Origin: the human T2T-CHM13v2.0 reference genome, Homo sapiens
DNA length: 64,000 nt
Direction: 5' to 3' (one strand)
NCBI RefSeq assembly: GCF_009914755.1
Contig: NC_060947.1
A program made the position numbers and the translations under genes. The notes under the pieces are model-generated. The model worked only from the letters and a program-made list of their open reading frames with translations, was not told the DNA's origin and did no database searches. Below are positions 44,801 through 63,426 of this stretch, piece after piece (position 1 is the stretch's first letter; each line of letters begins with the position of its first letter).

Positions 44801-47800
44801 TACTTGGCAAATTTACTGTACATTTATTGTACATAAGGTACATTTACTGTACACTAGAAAAAGAGGCATATCCAGATATTAGACCTGGGGTCTGAGTGGA
44901 CACTGATACTTGCAGACATGAAGCATCATCATGTCCGCTTGTTAAAGGGGGGTCATCTGGGTGTCAAGTAATAAAAAAAATCCTAGCCACTTACAATGGA
45001 GCCACTGTATCTGCTGACTCACATGATGGTCATTTTCCTGGTCCCTGAATGTACAGTTGGAATGGACATATTTGGCAGTTGAAGTAGCCCCCACATCGGG
45101 TCCTTGGCCATAATGAAGGTTAAATAGGAATTTCTGAAGCTGCTCCTCCTCCTCCTGCAAGAGACTAAGATAATAAACCAAAACCAGTATCAAATCTGAA
45201 GGAGGATTATGGAAATTTTTGCCCCTTGTAAAGATTTAAACAATGCAAGGGAGAGCAAGATGGCCAAATAGAAGCCTTTACCAATTGTCCTCCCCTACAA
45301 AAACACCAACTTGAACAACTATCCACACAATAAAGCACCTTCATAATAACCAAAAATCAGGTGAGTGATCAAAGTACCTGGTTTTAACTTCATATCACAG
45401 AAAGAGGCACTAAAGAGGGTAGGAAAGACAGTCTTGAATTGCTGATGCTACCCCTCCCCAATCCCCAGGTAGCAGCCAGGTAGCACGGAGAAAGAATCTG
45501 TGCCCTTGGGGGAGGGAGAGCACAGTGATTTGGGGACTTTTCATTGGAACTCAGTGCTGCCTATCACAGCAGAAAGCAACATCAGGTAGAATTCAACCAG
45601 TGCCCACCCACAGATGGAGCATTTAGACTAGCCCTATCCAGAGGGGAATTGCCCATCCCAGCAATCAGAACCTGAGTTCCAGCTAGCCTCACTACAGCAG
45701 GTCAAAGTGCTCTGGGCTCCTAAATAAACTGGAAAGGCAGCCTAGGCCACAAAGACTGCAATTCCTAGACAAGTCCTGGTTCCGTGCTGGGCTCAGAGCC
45801 AGTGGATTTTGGGTGTATACAAATTAATGAGACACCAGCTGGGGTAGCCAAAAGAGTACTTGTGCCATCCCTCCCACAACCCTCAACGGCAAAGTCACAG
45901 CTCCAGAAGAGACTCCTTCCCTCTGCTTGATGACAGGAGAAGGAAGAGCAAAGAGGACTTTGTCTTACAACTTGGATACCAGCTCAGCCACAGTAGGATA
46001 GGGCACTAGGCAGAGTCCTGAAGCCCCCAGTCCAGGCCCTAGCTCCCAGACATTTCTAGGCACGCCCTGGCCAAGAAGGGAGTCCTCTGCCTTGAAGTAA
46101 AGGACCCAGTTCTGGTAGCAAGCATGATCTGCTGACTAAAGAGTCCTTGCGCCCTGAATAATCCGCAGTGACACCAGGTAATATGTCAAGGGCCTTGAAT
46201 GAGCCTCAGAGATGTGCTGGCTTCAGTTGTGACCCAACACATTCCTAGCAGTGGTGGCTATGGAGACCGACTCCTGCTTGAGAAAAAAGGAAAGAAGAGT
46301 AAGGGAACTTTGTCTTGCAGCTTAGATACCAGCTCAGACACTGTGATGGAGAACCTAATGGGCCCTTAGGGTCCCCCATTCCAAGACATGGCTCTTAGGT
46401 GGCATTTCTGGACCTGCCCTAGGCAGAAGGGAGCCCAGTTCCCCGAAGGGTGAGTCTCAGTACAGGCAGCAGTCACCACAATCTGACTGAAGAGCCTTGA
46501 GCTTTAAGGGAACATTGGTGGCAGCCTGGCAGCATTCCCCATGGTCCTGAGGTGGCAGTGACCATGAGGTAAGGCTCCTCTGCGTTTGGTAATGGAAGCG
46601 AAGACTGAGAAGGACTGTGTCTTGTGGTTCAAGTTCCAGCTCAGCCACAATACAATAGAATACCAGGTAGACTTCTAAGGTTCTTTACTCTAGTCCCTGA
46701 CTCCCGGGCATCCATGTGCAGAAGAATGAAACTAGACCCCTATCTCTCACCAAATACAAAAATCAAATCAAAATGGATTAAAGACTTGAATCTAAGACCT
46801 CTGACTATAAAATTACTACAAGAAAACATTGGGGAAACTCACCAAGATATTGGTCTGGGGAAAGACTTGAACAATGCAGCAGAGCCACAGGCAACCAAAG
46901 CAAAAATGGATAAAGGAGATCACTTAAAATTAAAAAGCTTCTGCACAGAAAACGAAAATCAACAAAGTGAAAAGGCAACCCACAGGATGGGAGAAAATAT
47001 TTCCAAACTACCCATCTGACAAGGGATTAATAACAAGAATATATAAAGCACTTGATCCAATAACAAAAAAAAAAACTAATACTCTAATTAAAATATGGAC
47101 AAAAGACCTGAATAGAAATTTCTCAAAAGAAGGCATACAAATGGCCAACAGGTATATGAAAAAATGCTCAACAACACTAATCATCAGAGAAATGCAAATC
47201 AAAACTACAATGAAATACCATCTCACCCCACTTAAAATGGCTTATATCCAAAAGACAGGTAATAACAAATGCTGGTTAGGAATTGCTGAAAAGGGAACAC
47301 TTATACACTGGTGGTGGGAATGTAAATTAGTACAATCACTATAGCCAACAGTTTAGAGGTTCCTCAGAAAACTAAAAATAGAGCTACCATGTAATCCAGC
47401 AATCCCACTGCTGGGTATATACCCAAAAGAAAGGAAATCAGTATATCAAAGAGGTGTCTACACTCCTATGTTTGTTGCAGCACTGTTTACAATAGCTAAG
47501 ATTTGGAAGCAACATAAGTGTCCATCAACAGATGAATGGATAAAGAAAATGTGGTACATATACACAATGGAGTACTATTCAGCCATAAAAAAGAATGCGA
47601 TCCTGTCATTTGCAATAACATGGATGGAACTAGAGGTCATTATGTTAAGTGAAATAAGCCAGGCACAGAAAGACAAACATCACTGTTCCCACTTATTTGT
47701 GGGAGCTAAAAATCAAAACAATTGAACTCATGGAGCTATACTGAACTCATGGAGATACAGAGTAAAATAATGGTCACCAGATGCTGAGAAGGGTAGTGGG

Positions 47801-48044
47801 GTTTGGGCGGTGGAAATGGAGATGGTTAATGTACACAAAAAAAATAGTTAGGAAGAACAAATAAGAGTGTTGGTGGCAAAACAGGGTGATTATATTCAAT
47901 AATAATTTAGTTGTACATTATAAAATAACTTAAAAAGCATAATTTGATCATTTGCAACATTAAGGATAAATGCTTTAGGTGATGGATATCCCATTTACCC
48001 TGATGTGGTTATTACATATTGTATGCCTGTGAAAAATAAAGTAA

Positions 48045-49658
<1,614 letters not shown>

Positions 49659-49914
49659 GAAAAATAAAGTAAAATAGCTAAAAGAGTATAACTGAATTGT
49701 TTGTAACACAACAAAATCATAAATGCTTGAGGTGATGGATACCCCATTTACCCCGATGTGATTATTACAAATTGTATGCCTGTAAAAAATAAAATAACTA
49801 AAAGAGTATAATTGGGTTGTTTGTAACACAAAGGAAAGATAAATGCTTGAGGTGATAACACCTCATTTACCCTGATGTGATTATTACGCATGTATCAAAA
49901 TATCTCATGCAACC

Positions 49915-49986
49915 CATATATATGTATGTGTGTGTGTGTGTATATATATGTATACATGTGTGTGTGTGTATATATATATATATATA
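49915..49986. repeat. Mixed (TA)n/(TG)n microsatellite
   Basis: Alternating TA and TG runs. Confidence 0.85.
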
Positions 49987-52900
49987 CCTACTATGTACCC
50001 ACAAAAATTAAAAAATAAAAAAGAAAGAATAGGATGTAGCTAAATAAATACACAAATAACACAAGGGAGGCAATTCCTATAATAGCTTCTTTAATTGAAA
50101 AATCTGGCCCTTCAACATCAGCTGACATAGGGCAGGAATGAGCCTGTCTTAGTGTCTCTGCCATGCCCAGTCATTGGTACATGGCTTCACTGCAAACACA
50201 GTGATGGATTTCAGAGCCCAGCAGCTGGGGCCTTTGGTCAGTTATGCTGTCATGGTTGAAGGTCTTCCAGGCCATTCTCATGGCAGCCATAATATATTTT
50301 TGTTAAGAAATTCTACCAAAGCAAAATATGGTTGAGGTAGGTATCAAAAAAAAATCTGACCCCTGAAGAAACTAGATAGATCTTGGAAAATGACTGTTGA
50401 CTAGTGCAAACTCAATCACAACATAGCCCCATGGTTTCATGTACATGATATACAGCTGTTGGTTTGGTAAATGCCTTCTTTCCTATCCCAGTCAGGAACC
50501 AAGATCAGAAATATTGAGGATTCATATGGAAGAGACAACAAATATTTATACTTTTGCCTTAGTACTATGTTAATTCTTACACCTCTGCCATAATGGAATC
50601 CAAAGAGATGTGGAAATGTTAACTCTTACACCCTCTGTCATAATGAAATCCAAAGAGATGTGGGTATCCCTCAGAATACTACATCGATCCCTTACATTGA
50701 TTGACACCATTATGCTGATCCAACAGGATGAGCAAGATAAGACTAACATACCAAGGAGGCCTTGCTAAGACACATGCTCCAGAAGGTAGAATATAAACCC
50801 TTTAAAGATTCAGGGACCTGATACTTCAGTATAGCTGTTAGGAAGTCTATTATCAAGGGCATGCAGGAACATCTCCTCCTAAGTAAAAGACAAATGGCCA
50901 AACCTTGTAGACCCTACTATAAAGAAATAAACACAATGCCTGATGGGTCTCTTTGGGTTCTGGAGGCAACACATTTCATACCTAGGAATATTGCTCTGGC
51001 CCATATAGTGGGTAAAGCAGAAGGCTACCAGTTTTGAGTGGGGCCCAGAGCAGGAAAGGGCTCTGCAGTAGACCAAACCTATAGTGCAAGCAACCTTGCT
51101 ACTTGGGCCATACATCTGGCAGACCCTATGTTCTTGGAGATTCCGGTGTTGAAAAAAATATGCAAGGTGGAATTTATGGGAGAGATGTGGGAGAATCAAA
51201 GTGCACTTTGAGTTGCCCCTGGAGTTTTAGGGCAAGGCCATGCCAAAGAACATACATATCACTTGAAAAATAGCTCCTGGCAAGCTATTAGTCCCTGATA
51301 GAGACAGAACAGTTAACCACAAAATAATGATAATGATCATGCATTTAGAAATGCCCACTATGAGCTGTGTCCTGTTAGACCCACCAAGTCTTAACATCAA
51401 GTAGGCCTAGCAGCAATCACAATAAATGTGGAAATGGTACATCCAGAACCTAGTGCAAGCTGAACCAGAAGACAGGCAAACTGCATGAGAACGTAGCCCC
51501 GACTGCCATATCACCCACTATAGCTGCTCTAGTGCCCTTCCCTCAACTCACACTGATGATCATATTGGAGGGTCCCATATGACCACCTGGAAGAGAAAGA
51601 AAACTTCCGAATTTGGTGTGTGGATGGGTTAGCTTGGGGTATGGGTGCAAGCCAAAAGTGAAAAGTGGCTGCCTTACAGCCTCACTCAGGAGCAGCCTTG
51701 AAAGACAGTGTTCTTCCCAGTGTAGACTCAAGAAAAAGAAAGACAGTAAAGAGGGAAAAATGTACCCAGTGGGCAGAACTATAGGAGGTGCACCTGATCA
51801 TCTATTTTGTATGAGTGGAGACATGGTCCAAGGTTAGAATAAATACAGACTTATAGCCAGTGATGACTGGCTGGGTCAGGGCCCAGAAAGAGAAAGATTG
51901 GAAAATTGGAGTAAACAGCTTCTAGGATTATTGGCATGTTGATTGACATATAGAAGTGGACACAAATTGTGACAATCTTTGTGTAAAATGTTAATGTCCA
52001 TCAGAGGAGATCTACCATGAAAGAGAGACTAAACATCAAACAGTCTAAATGGTTGGCCAGTTGATGCTAACCAGCCTTCTTCATCACTCACCCCAACACT
52101 GGCAAAACAGGTTATGAAAGAAGTAGCATGGTGGTAGGGACAGGGGCTATGCATGGGCCCAAAGTATATGAACTTCCACTCACTTAGGGTGTTCTAGGTA
52201 GTTTTAAATGTCTAAAATGCCAGTAACAGTAACCAGTGCTGAAGTCCTCATATGACACAATTCCCCAAGGAGAACAATCAGCCACTTGGTAGCAAGTTTA
52301 CTACAGTGGGCTGCATCTATCCTGGAAGGGCCAGCAGTTCATCCTCACAGGGCTAGATACCTATTCTGGGTATGGGTTTACTTTTCCTGCCTGTAGAACC
52401 TCACCCAGAACCTGGGAACTTATGAAATGCATGATCCACAACTATGGAATTCCACACAGCATGGCATTCAACTAGGAGACCCATGTTACAGCAAAGGAGT
52501 TATGGGAATGAGCCTATGACCATGGGATACATCGATCATATTGCATACTACACCATCCAGAAGTAGCTGACCTCACAGAAAACTAAAATGGCCTCCTAAA
52601 GGCACGGTCTCAGAGGCAACACTCAGAAGGTATGAATTAAGTCAGAGATCACCATATGATACTGTGTTCTCTACAGGAATAATAAAAGGTTCAGAAAGCA
52701 AGGAGTGGAAGCAGGAATGGCCCTACTAAGCATCACTACCAATGACCCACTGCAGAATCTTGTGTTTCTGGTCCCTTAAACTCTAAGTTTTATAGTGTTA
52801 GAGGTCCTAGTTCCCAAAGGGAGTGCACTCTTACCAAGGGACACAACAGGATACCACTCAACTACAAACTATTACTGACAACTGGACACCTGGGCTTCTT

Positions 52901-55088
52901 GTGACCAGCAGCCAAGAAGAGGGCTCACCATCCTATCAGGCGTAATTGACACTAATCATCAGGAGAAGGTATGGATAATATTTCACAATGAGAATAGAGA
53001 GGAGTAAGTGTGGAGTTCAGATGACCCACCTGGGTGCCTCCTGGTACTCCCCTAACCCATTGTAACTATGAATAAACATATGCAGCAAATCCAGTCTGAG
53101 AAGGGTATGGTTACCAGGGACTCTGATCTTTTAGTAATGAGGGTTTGAGTCAGACACCAGACAAGCCACCAACACCTGCCAAGTTGGTAGCTGAGAGTGA
53201 GAGGAATTTAGAATGGATAGTGGAAGAGGGAGGCAATGAGTACCAGTTGAAGCCCAAGACCAGCTGAGGTAGGGTTGGAGAGCTGTACTTTATCCCACTA
53301 ACCCTTCTCTTCTAAGAAAGGCTCACAAGAGACCTGAATGAACTTCTCCATGAACATGTATGGAGAAGCGGAGCAGCATGATACAAGGGGTGGACTGCGG
53401 CAGACCTACAGATGTGTCACTCAGATCCCTCTTCAAGAAAGGACTCACTTCACAGCTGTAAGGAGAGTAATTATTTCATAGCCACCTAGCTGTTAGCACC
53501 TTCAGGATTGGCTTCAGTTCTTGGGCCAAGGTCATGCTCTTCTTGGAGCAGCCCCTAGTCAATGACTGAAAAAGGCTGTGGTGCACAGATCTAGCCATTT
53601 CTGTCCAGTGCAGATGCTTCCAATGGGAATCTGTTTCAGAATTCCCCACTGGACTGACAGAAACTTTCTCAGGTGTGCATTGAGACTGATGGTGCCTCCT
53701 GCCCAATCCTGCTTCCTTTTCAATCACAGGCGTCACTCTCTAACAAATCTCAGTGACTACTTCCCAGAAAACCCATCCTTCCTGCAACAGTCCGTTTTAA
53801 AATAACGTGCTCCATCTTTAGGAATTGTGCCCCTTGCCCCTACTCCAAATACTGGGGAAACTATGTGGCTTAAGTCACCTTGTAGTAGCAGAGGGTAAAC
53901 AAGACTGCCAAGAGTAAAAGTGTTCCTTTTACTCTTCACTTTGCCTTTGACAAATATCCTGGTGAAACGCCAGGCTTCTCTAAAATGGCTCAGGCATTGA
54001 GGGTCCTACCATGGGCCTTCCTTTACTTCCAACTCCTGCCCCATACCTGACCCTCATCAGGGACCATGCCTTAATACTGGTCACTTTATTGTGGAAATAA
54101 AAAGCCCTAAAATCATCTGAGAGAAACAGTTTGCAAGTCTTAATGTGGCTTTCCTCTCTTCTATTTTCTCTGGTGGGATTACTTACAGGCATAAATATGA
54201 AAAATACATATCACATGCGATGATTCACAATTATTAAAATTAAATAAGAGGAAATCTTTGGCATTCACATTCATTTTCTTATTCGGAAGAGACATCCCAT
54301 TCTACTGATTGCAATATAAATAAGTTTGGAATAATGATTGTGATATTCCATTAAACTAATGGATTCAATCTCATAAGTCATTTTTATGGATAAAATTTAA
54401 CATACTGTATTAATTCCAAACAGAATACATGTGCAGTTTGTTACAGGAAACTAGATTACTACATGTAATGTCAACAGTCATTACTTCCTGGTGTTATTTA
54501 CCTGATCCCAATTTCCTAGCTAATACCACTGTGTGTGTAATGAATAATGCACTGTGGAAATGTACACTGTGCAAAAACACACTATATATAGTACAGTTAT
54601 TAGCGTGGACATCACCTAATAAAATAGTTTGCATTTCTTCCCTGCCTCCCACCCGCTTCCCACTATTTTTAATGTAATATATACCCGGAAGAAACACTTC
54701 AGAGGTGGGGAAGGACGTCCAAAGTGAGCAACTTTTTATAACTATTTATTTACTATTAAGATGTAAATGAGCAGACAAGTAATAACCACCCAGATCAAGC
54801 AAGAAATGGAAAGCTTTCAACACCCCCAGAAAGCTCTCTTGTGCCCCCTCACCATCTATACCTAGGAAGTAGCCACTATTTTAATTTGTATCACCACAGA
54901 TTCGTTTCAAAGTGAGCAACTTTTAAAAACTGTAAATTCGGTGCTTAAAAATCTCCTAAAGCAAAGATTGAAGTTATTTGTCACTATTGCAAAAACAGGA
55001 AAAGTCCAGCACTCAGCAGTGAGGCTTAACAACAATAACTTTCAGTTTTTCAGGTGGCTGACTGGCTAGTTAAAAATTATCCAAACCT

Positions 55089-55973
<885 letters not shown>

Positions 55974-57166
55974 AAAAATTATCCAAATCTCCAACCTTAC
56001 TTCTCCCTTTAGAGTGTTTAAATCAGTAATCAGTTCCTTCGCTTTTTTTTTTTTTTTTAATCTCTGCCCTTCCTCACCCCTCCATTCTGCCTCTCTGGTC
56101 ACCACTTCCTACACCAAGTGGAGTTCTGGCTTTTGAGAGTTAATCGTACACATCTCTTCTGAACTCCATATTCAGTGATGTTCAATTGGTAGCTTAAAAT
56201 TGGTAGCCATGGTGGAAGTATTTACACAACAGAAAAAACTGCAAATGCTATACCTCTGGGCCCCGCTGCCCCCAGTGATGATTGCTAAATGTTTATCAGG
56301 ACACCACCAGGCCACTATAATACACACACACAGACACACACACACACAATACATTCAAATTATGCCAAATGCCTCAAAGAGCTTTGGGGATTAAAAATGC
56401 TATCCAGTCACACAAAGCAAAACCAATCACAGAAGATTAGTAGGAGCAAGTTTCAACTCAGCCAGTCTTTTCAGATTCATACTAGCTTGCCACTGGTGGT
56501 GGTTTGGTTTTGCATCAAATGTCACTTTGTGAATTGGTTCTACAATATGTAAATGCATAGTAATTTCCTAATTGAGGTAAACTATTGCTAACCTCACCTG
56601 AAATATTTGCAATAGACTTAGAGACACAATAATATATTGCAGAAATAGTTGAAAATTCACTGTGTGAAACAGAATTTTAATAACTTGTCTCTGTATTACA
56701 ATCTCTATCTGTTATTTATGGCTTCAGGCATATAATACTTTGTCTCCGAACCAGACAGTAAGTCCATTGGGATCAAAAATAGTGACTTCTTCTTACTTTA
56801 AATTCTTCACAGTGCCTAGCATAGTATTAGGTTTCAAGCAGATGGCAGGTAGCAATGTATTAAATTCACTGTTTCCTCTCCTATTTCCTTCTCTATTCCA
56901 TCCCCCTAATCAGTTACCCTATACTTTCTTAGTTACTCCCTACCATCTCTCTAATCCACCCAGTCACACAAAACAAACCCTACCACAAAAATTAAGAAGA
57001 GTATTATAAATATTCTGTATTTCAGAAACAGAGTACATTCATTTGACAAATATTTGAACACTAACACGAGGGGCATTGTTCTAAATATTGTAGGTACATG
57101 CAAAGATGATTTAGACACAGACTTTTACTCGAAGGAGATTCCAGGTGAAAAGAATAGATTATACAC

Positions 57167-57572
57167 TGTCTTAGTTCATTTTCTGTTACTTATAACAGAA
57201 TATACGAACTGGCTAATTTATAAAGAAAATGAATCTATTTCTTACAGTTATGGAGGCTGAGAAGTCCAACGTCAAGGGGATACATCCAGTAGCTTGTGGG
57301 GACTCTCTACAGGGTATCACATGGTAAGGGGGCTGAGTGTACTAGCTTGGGTCTCTCTTTTTAGTTTTATAAAGCCAATGGTCCCACTCCCATGATAACT
57401 CATTAATCCATTAACCCATTAATCAGTTAATCTATGAACAGATTAATCCATTCATAAGGGTGGAGCCCTCACAACTCTATCACTTCTTAAAAGCCCCACT
57501 TCTTAATACTACCACATTGGGGATTGAATTTCACCATGAGTTTTGGAGGAGACAAACATTCAAACCATAGCA
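57167..57572. mobile_element. MST-family MaLR solo LTR
   Basis: TGTCTTAGTTCATTTTCTGTT..CTTACAGTTATGGAGGCTGAGAAGTCCAA ... ACAAACATTCAAACCATAGCA. Confidence 0.85.
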
Positions 57573-58146
57573 GATACATATTTAAGAAACTCTGATACAA
57601 GTAGGAAAATAATCCAGATAAAATGCCATGGGAGTGTAAAGGAGGGAGAAACTACTTTCCACTAGGATAGTTTTTGGACATGCCGAGTTGGAAGTAGAGG
57701 TAGAGGAGTAAATAACCAAAGCAGGAAAGCACAGGAGCACACACCAGAAACAGCAGTTTGTCTGGAGTGTAGGATGTGGAAGGAGGAACAGCTTAAAATG
57801 AAGTTGGAAAGCGGAGGTCAGATTATATAGAATTATCAATATTTTACTAAAGAGTTTGAGCTTTACCTTTGGTCTTTGTGTTACTCAAAGTGCGCCAGAT
57901 TATGTTGCAGTAAAATCCACAAAACCAATGACTTAAAACAACAATATTTATTTCTTAATCATGCTACATGTACATCATGAGTACTCTGGGGGCCCCTCTC
58001 CCTTGGATCCAGGCCAACAGAGCAGCCACCACCTGGAGCCAGAGGGACAAAGAATGGGGCAAATTGTACACGTGCTCTTAAAGCTTCTGCCCCAAGATAT
58101 CACACATCACTTCTGCCCACTTTTCATTCACTATAACAAGTCACAT

Positions 58147-58642
58147 CGTTACTAAAATATCAAAGGTTTGGTCTAGGTCCCATTGCTCATAGCATGGAAA
58201 ACCAATCACTGAGATGAGTATTGCCAGGGAAGAAGGCTTTATTCAGGTGCTGCACCTGAGAAGATGGAAGATCAGTGTCAAATCCATTTCCCTGACCAAC
58301 TAAAACTAGGGGTTTATATAGCAGGAAAGAAATATGACCATGTGTGGGAAAACAGGAATTAGAGAGGGGATAAAGAAGAGGAGTTGGTCAACAGGAAGCA
58401 GGTGGTTGGTTAGGCAATAATGATGGGTGAGGGATCTGGCATCTTATTGTCCAGATGTGGTGATCTGATAAATTTCAGTTTCTTGATACCATCTGAGGGG
58501 CCTGATGGTTGGTTTCCTGAGAAAGGAACTCAGATAAAACAAATGTAATTTTCTCAAGTTTTAAGACTGGGAGGGTTAATTTCTACATGTATTCAAAAGA
58601 AACCATAAACATCAGTTCTAAGGGACAATTATGCCAGTTTCA
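58147..58642 (-). mobile_element. ERV1-class solo LTR nested in an older MLT1-like LTR
   Basis: On the - strand it starts TGAAAC and carries TATATAA and AATAAA; 4-bp TSD ACAT at 58143-58146 and 58643-58646. The flanks rejoin as the MLT1-like AAGTCACAT|GACCACACCTAACTTCAAGGG. Confidence 0.7.
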
Positions 58643-60440
58643 ACATGACCACACCTAACTTCAAGGGAGTGGGGAACTGCAATCTTACCATGTGCCTAGT
58701 GGAGTGGAGAGCAAGCCAGACATATTTAATAGCACTAATGACTACCAGAGTCTTTAAGAAGGGGTTGGATATGGTCATATATAGATTTCAGAAAGATCAC
58801 TTTAGCAGTGCATATTGGAAGGACGTGAGGGATGCTAACCTGGAGGAAGAAAACCTAGTCAAAAGGCTGGTGTAGTATTCCAGGGGCAAGATGATGGTGG
58901 TCTCCTCTAGAGCAAGGTGGAAGAATTAAAGAAAAAGGAACACATGCATGAGATATTCAATGAGATACTAAGGAGAATCAACAGGACTAAGCCAACGGGC
59001 CATGAAAGTAGGAATGGGGTAAATAGAACTGCTGCTGTTAGAAATGTCTGTTGGGCAGAGATTGTGGTGGTGCCCAGGGCTGTTGAGGTGTGACTGGTGG
59101 TGGAGCAAGGCTGGCAAGTATGGTTGATGGTTTTTCACTATTGGTGGTGAGCTGTGAATAGTGGCTGGTGGGTGTGGGTGGTAAAATTCAGTATAACTGA
59201 AGCATATATGAGGTGGGGAGTAGTAGGAATTTAGAATGGATGGGAAGGTAGCCAAGAGCCAAATAGGAAAGTCTTTGACTACCATGGTACGTGGTTTGGA
59301 TTTTATCATAAAGACAAAAGAACCACCTAATTATTTTAAACATATCATCCTGATGATGCTTCAAGTACATGGCAGTTATAAAATGAGAAAATCATGTGGT
59401 AAAGTAAGGCCAAGGATAGCTGGCCAACCAGTATATGCATGAATCTGACAGAGTTCGAGAGCAGAGGGGTGGGCTGTGTAATGTAGACTGCATTGCCATA
59501 ATTCATATCTATCTGACATTTGATAACTGTCTAGACAAAGGTTAATTGGAATGCTTCTTGTTTTCACAAACAGGATTTTAATTTTCCATTTTTATTTTAT
59601 ACTCATTTTTCCAATTCATTTCCACTTTTGAGCATGCCCACAGGGACACCAAGTTTAGAGCAGGCTCTACTTGCCAGAAACTTCCTTCATGTATTAACTT
59701 CAAAATCTGGCCTTAGTGGAAAAACTGAGTTCAGAGAAATGACGAACGATTTGGTGACTGCTATGAAAGAAGTCTGAGAAGTTAGCACATGTTTGGCAGA
59801 ATGGACTGAAACTCTGCAGAGTGAAAATCTCAGACCTGAAGTTGTCTTCATGAGGAATTTAAATGCTACCATCATCTCCAATATTTATGTTAATGCAGGC
59901 TTCATTGCACTTGAAAGTTCAGAAATTTGAGCATCAAAATGCAAAGATACCATAGACATGAAATAAAAATAGTCACAAGGATATTTATATCTAATAAAGT
60001 TCAACAACCAAGTTATCGACACATGGCAATCCACATATTGCAGAAATTGAAGCAAAATGAAACAGGTAAGAAGCTGCTAACTCACTACATTAACAATTTT
60101 AGAGCCCTTTATAGAAAAAAAATACTTAAAATCTACTACTGAAAGCTAAATATTGGAAAATAAATCAGAAGATATTCTATGTGGAGTTCTTAATGTAGTC
60201 TAAGAGGATGGGGAGGAAAAAGACAGAAAAACATTCCAGTTAGTAAAGAACTATTGAACATAGGCAAGGCAGATACAGAGAAAAGGGAACAGACACACGA
60301 GACATTTAAACTGACCCACAAACACAGCACTACCAATTTGTGAGTGCTTGATGCGGGCCAGGCACCATATTATGTAATTTGCATACATTATTTCATTAAT
60401 CCTTTCAGCTTCCTTTGAAGTAGGAACTTACATCAGATAT

Positions 60441-61140
60441 TGTCTATGGGTACTTGAGTCCACACCTGACTTTCTATCTGTAATCTTCCCTGTATTGCCC
60501 AGGTTGGGAGCCAGAAAACCTACATTTCCAAGACTCTCTTGCCAGCTAGATTTTGGCTAGCTTTTGCCAATGGAAGGCTCTCTCACGAGGTAATTAAGTA
60601 GGAGAGGAGAGAGAAACTATTCTGCATCTGGCTTTGGCAGTGGAAGCACCCCGTGACTGCAGGTAATTACGGGCTCCAGCAGCATCAGTGGAGTTCTAGG
60701 AGCCCCAGCAGCACTGTCAGCAGCAAGTGCATGCTCACAGACTCTAGGCCAGGGGTGTCCAATCTTTTGGCTTCCCTGAGCCACATTGGAAAAAGAAAAA
60801 GTGTCTTGGGCCACACATAAAACACACATTAATAATAGCTAACGAGCTAAAAAAAAATCACAAAAATTTCATAATGTTTTAAGAAAGTTTACGAATTTGT
60901 CTTGGGCTGTATTCAAAGCCATCCTGGGACATATGTGGCCCATGGGCCGTGGGTTGGACCAGCTTGCTCTAGGGATATTAATTTTCCACATTTTTGCTCC
61001 TCCATCCTTAGAGAGCTGTGGTTTTCTATAGTTACTGACATCTAGGTTATACCACCCTCTGCCTTTTGCACCTCCAGCCTTTCCAACACTTTTGTAATCA
61101 ATTTCCTATAATTAAATCTCCATCTGTTTGAAGCACCTAG
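60441..61140. mobile_element. Old ERVL-type LTR (LTR33-like), split by MER30
   Basis: CTACATTTCCAAGACTCTCTTGCCAGCTAG..TTTGCCAATGG motif; boundaries approximate. Confidence 0.5.
60750..60966 (+). mobile_element. MER30 (hAT-Charlie MITE)
   Basis: CAGGGGTGTCCAATCTTTTGGCTTCCCTG ... GGGTTGGACCAGCTTG; 8-bp TSD CTCTAGG(C/G). Confidence 0.9.
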
Positions 61141-61875
61141 AGAGATTTCTGGCTTTTCCATTGGCAACACATCATATCATTTAACCTTTTCAACAACGCT
61201 TTAGGCACTATTATCCTTATTTCAGACATAATCCAAATATCACCTGGCCTAAACAATCTTTTAGATACAAATGAATTCATATTAACATCTATTATCCAGA
61301 ATTTCTTTTTACATATCTTCCTTCCCTCTTCCTTGAACCCCTAGAATGTCTACTACCCCTCTGAAAAGCTCCCCCCAGTATTTTGGGGAATTTTTAAAGG
61401 GAAGTATTATATGTCTTTCAAATTATTTAAGGCACTAAATTGCATGTGACAGAGACCTGCCTCAAATTAGCTGAAGCAAAAAAAGTAATCTGATTGGCCC
61501 ACATGACTAGGAAGTATTTTGAGTTAGACCAGAGAATTGAAGGAAGAATGCAGAACCAGGGCCCTGGCTGAAACTTAATGCCATCAGAAATTTCTCTGTC
61601 TTCATTCTTCTCTTATGTCTGCCGTTTTCTAATTGGCTTCACTCTTTCCTATTACAGATTGTCCTTATCTACATGGAAGGGAAGAGAGCCACTGGCAGCT
61701 CCAACATCACACCCTTAGAGTATGGCCATAGAGGGTGACCCAAGAGGCTAGATGACATTTCCTCCATCTGCAAGTGAAGAATTTAGGGCAAGGATTCTGA
61801 TTAGCCATTTTAGAGCATGTACTCATGTCAGTTTTATTTTGTGTTGCTATTTTTGTTTTGTTTTGTTTTTTTCTT

Positions 61876-63040
<1,165 letters not shown>

Positions 63041-63426
63041 TAAGGAGAATGAAAAAAACCTGTTAGGTGAACAGAAACAAAAACAACCACAGACCACTAT
63101 AGTTGTCATCCCCACCCACCCATATCCCCTTCCAATGCTGCTCTGACTTGCAACTGTCAATGCCCAACTGCCTGAAAAGCCAGTGTACTTTCCAACTTTT
63201 GTTAAACCTCAGGAAGGCTAAAAGGTGCATGAGAACAACTGGGGGCCTCACAACCATGTGAGTTTTTTCATTAGGTCATCAGCGTCCTTTCTCCCTAGAT
63301 GTAATCTACATCAGGGCAGGGATTTTTTTTTGTCTATTTTCTTTTTTATTATTATTAACGTTGGTTATTTATTTATGGACCTACTCATTTTAGCATGGTA
63401 AAATGTACTCAAAATAAAATTTACTA

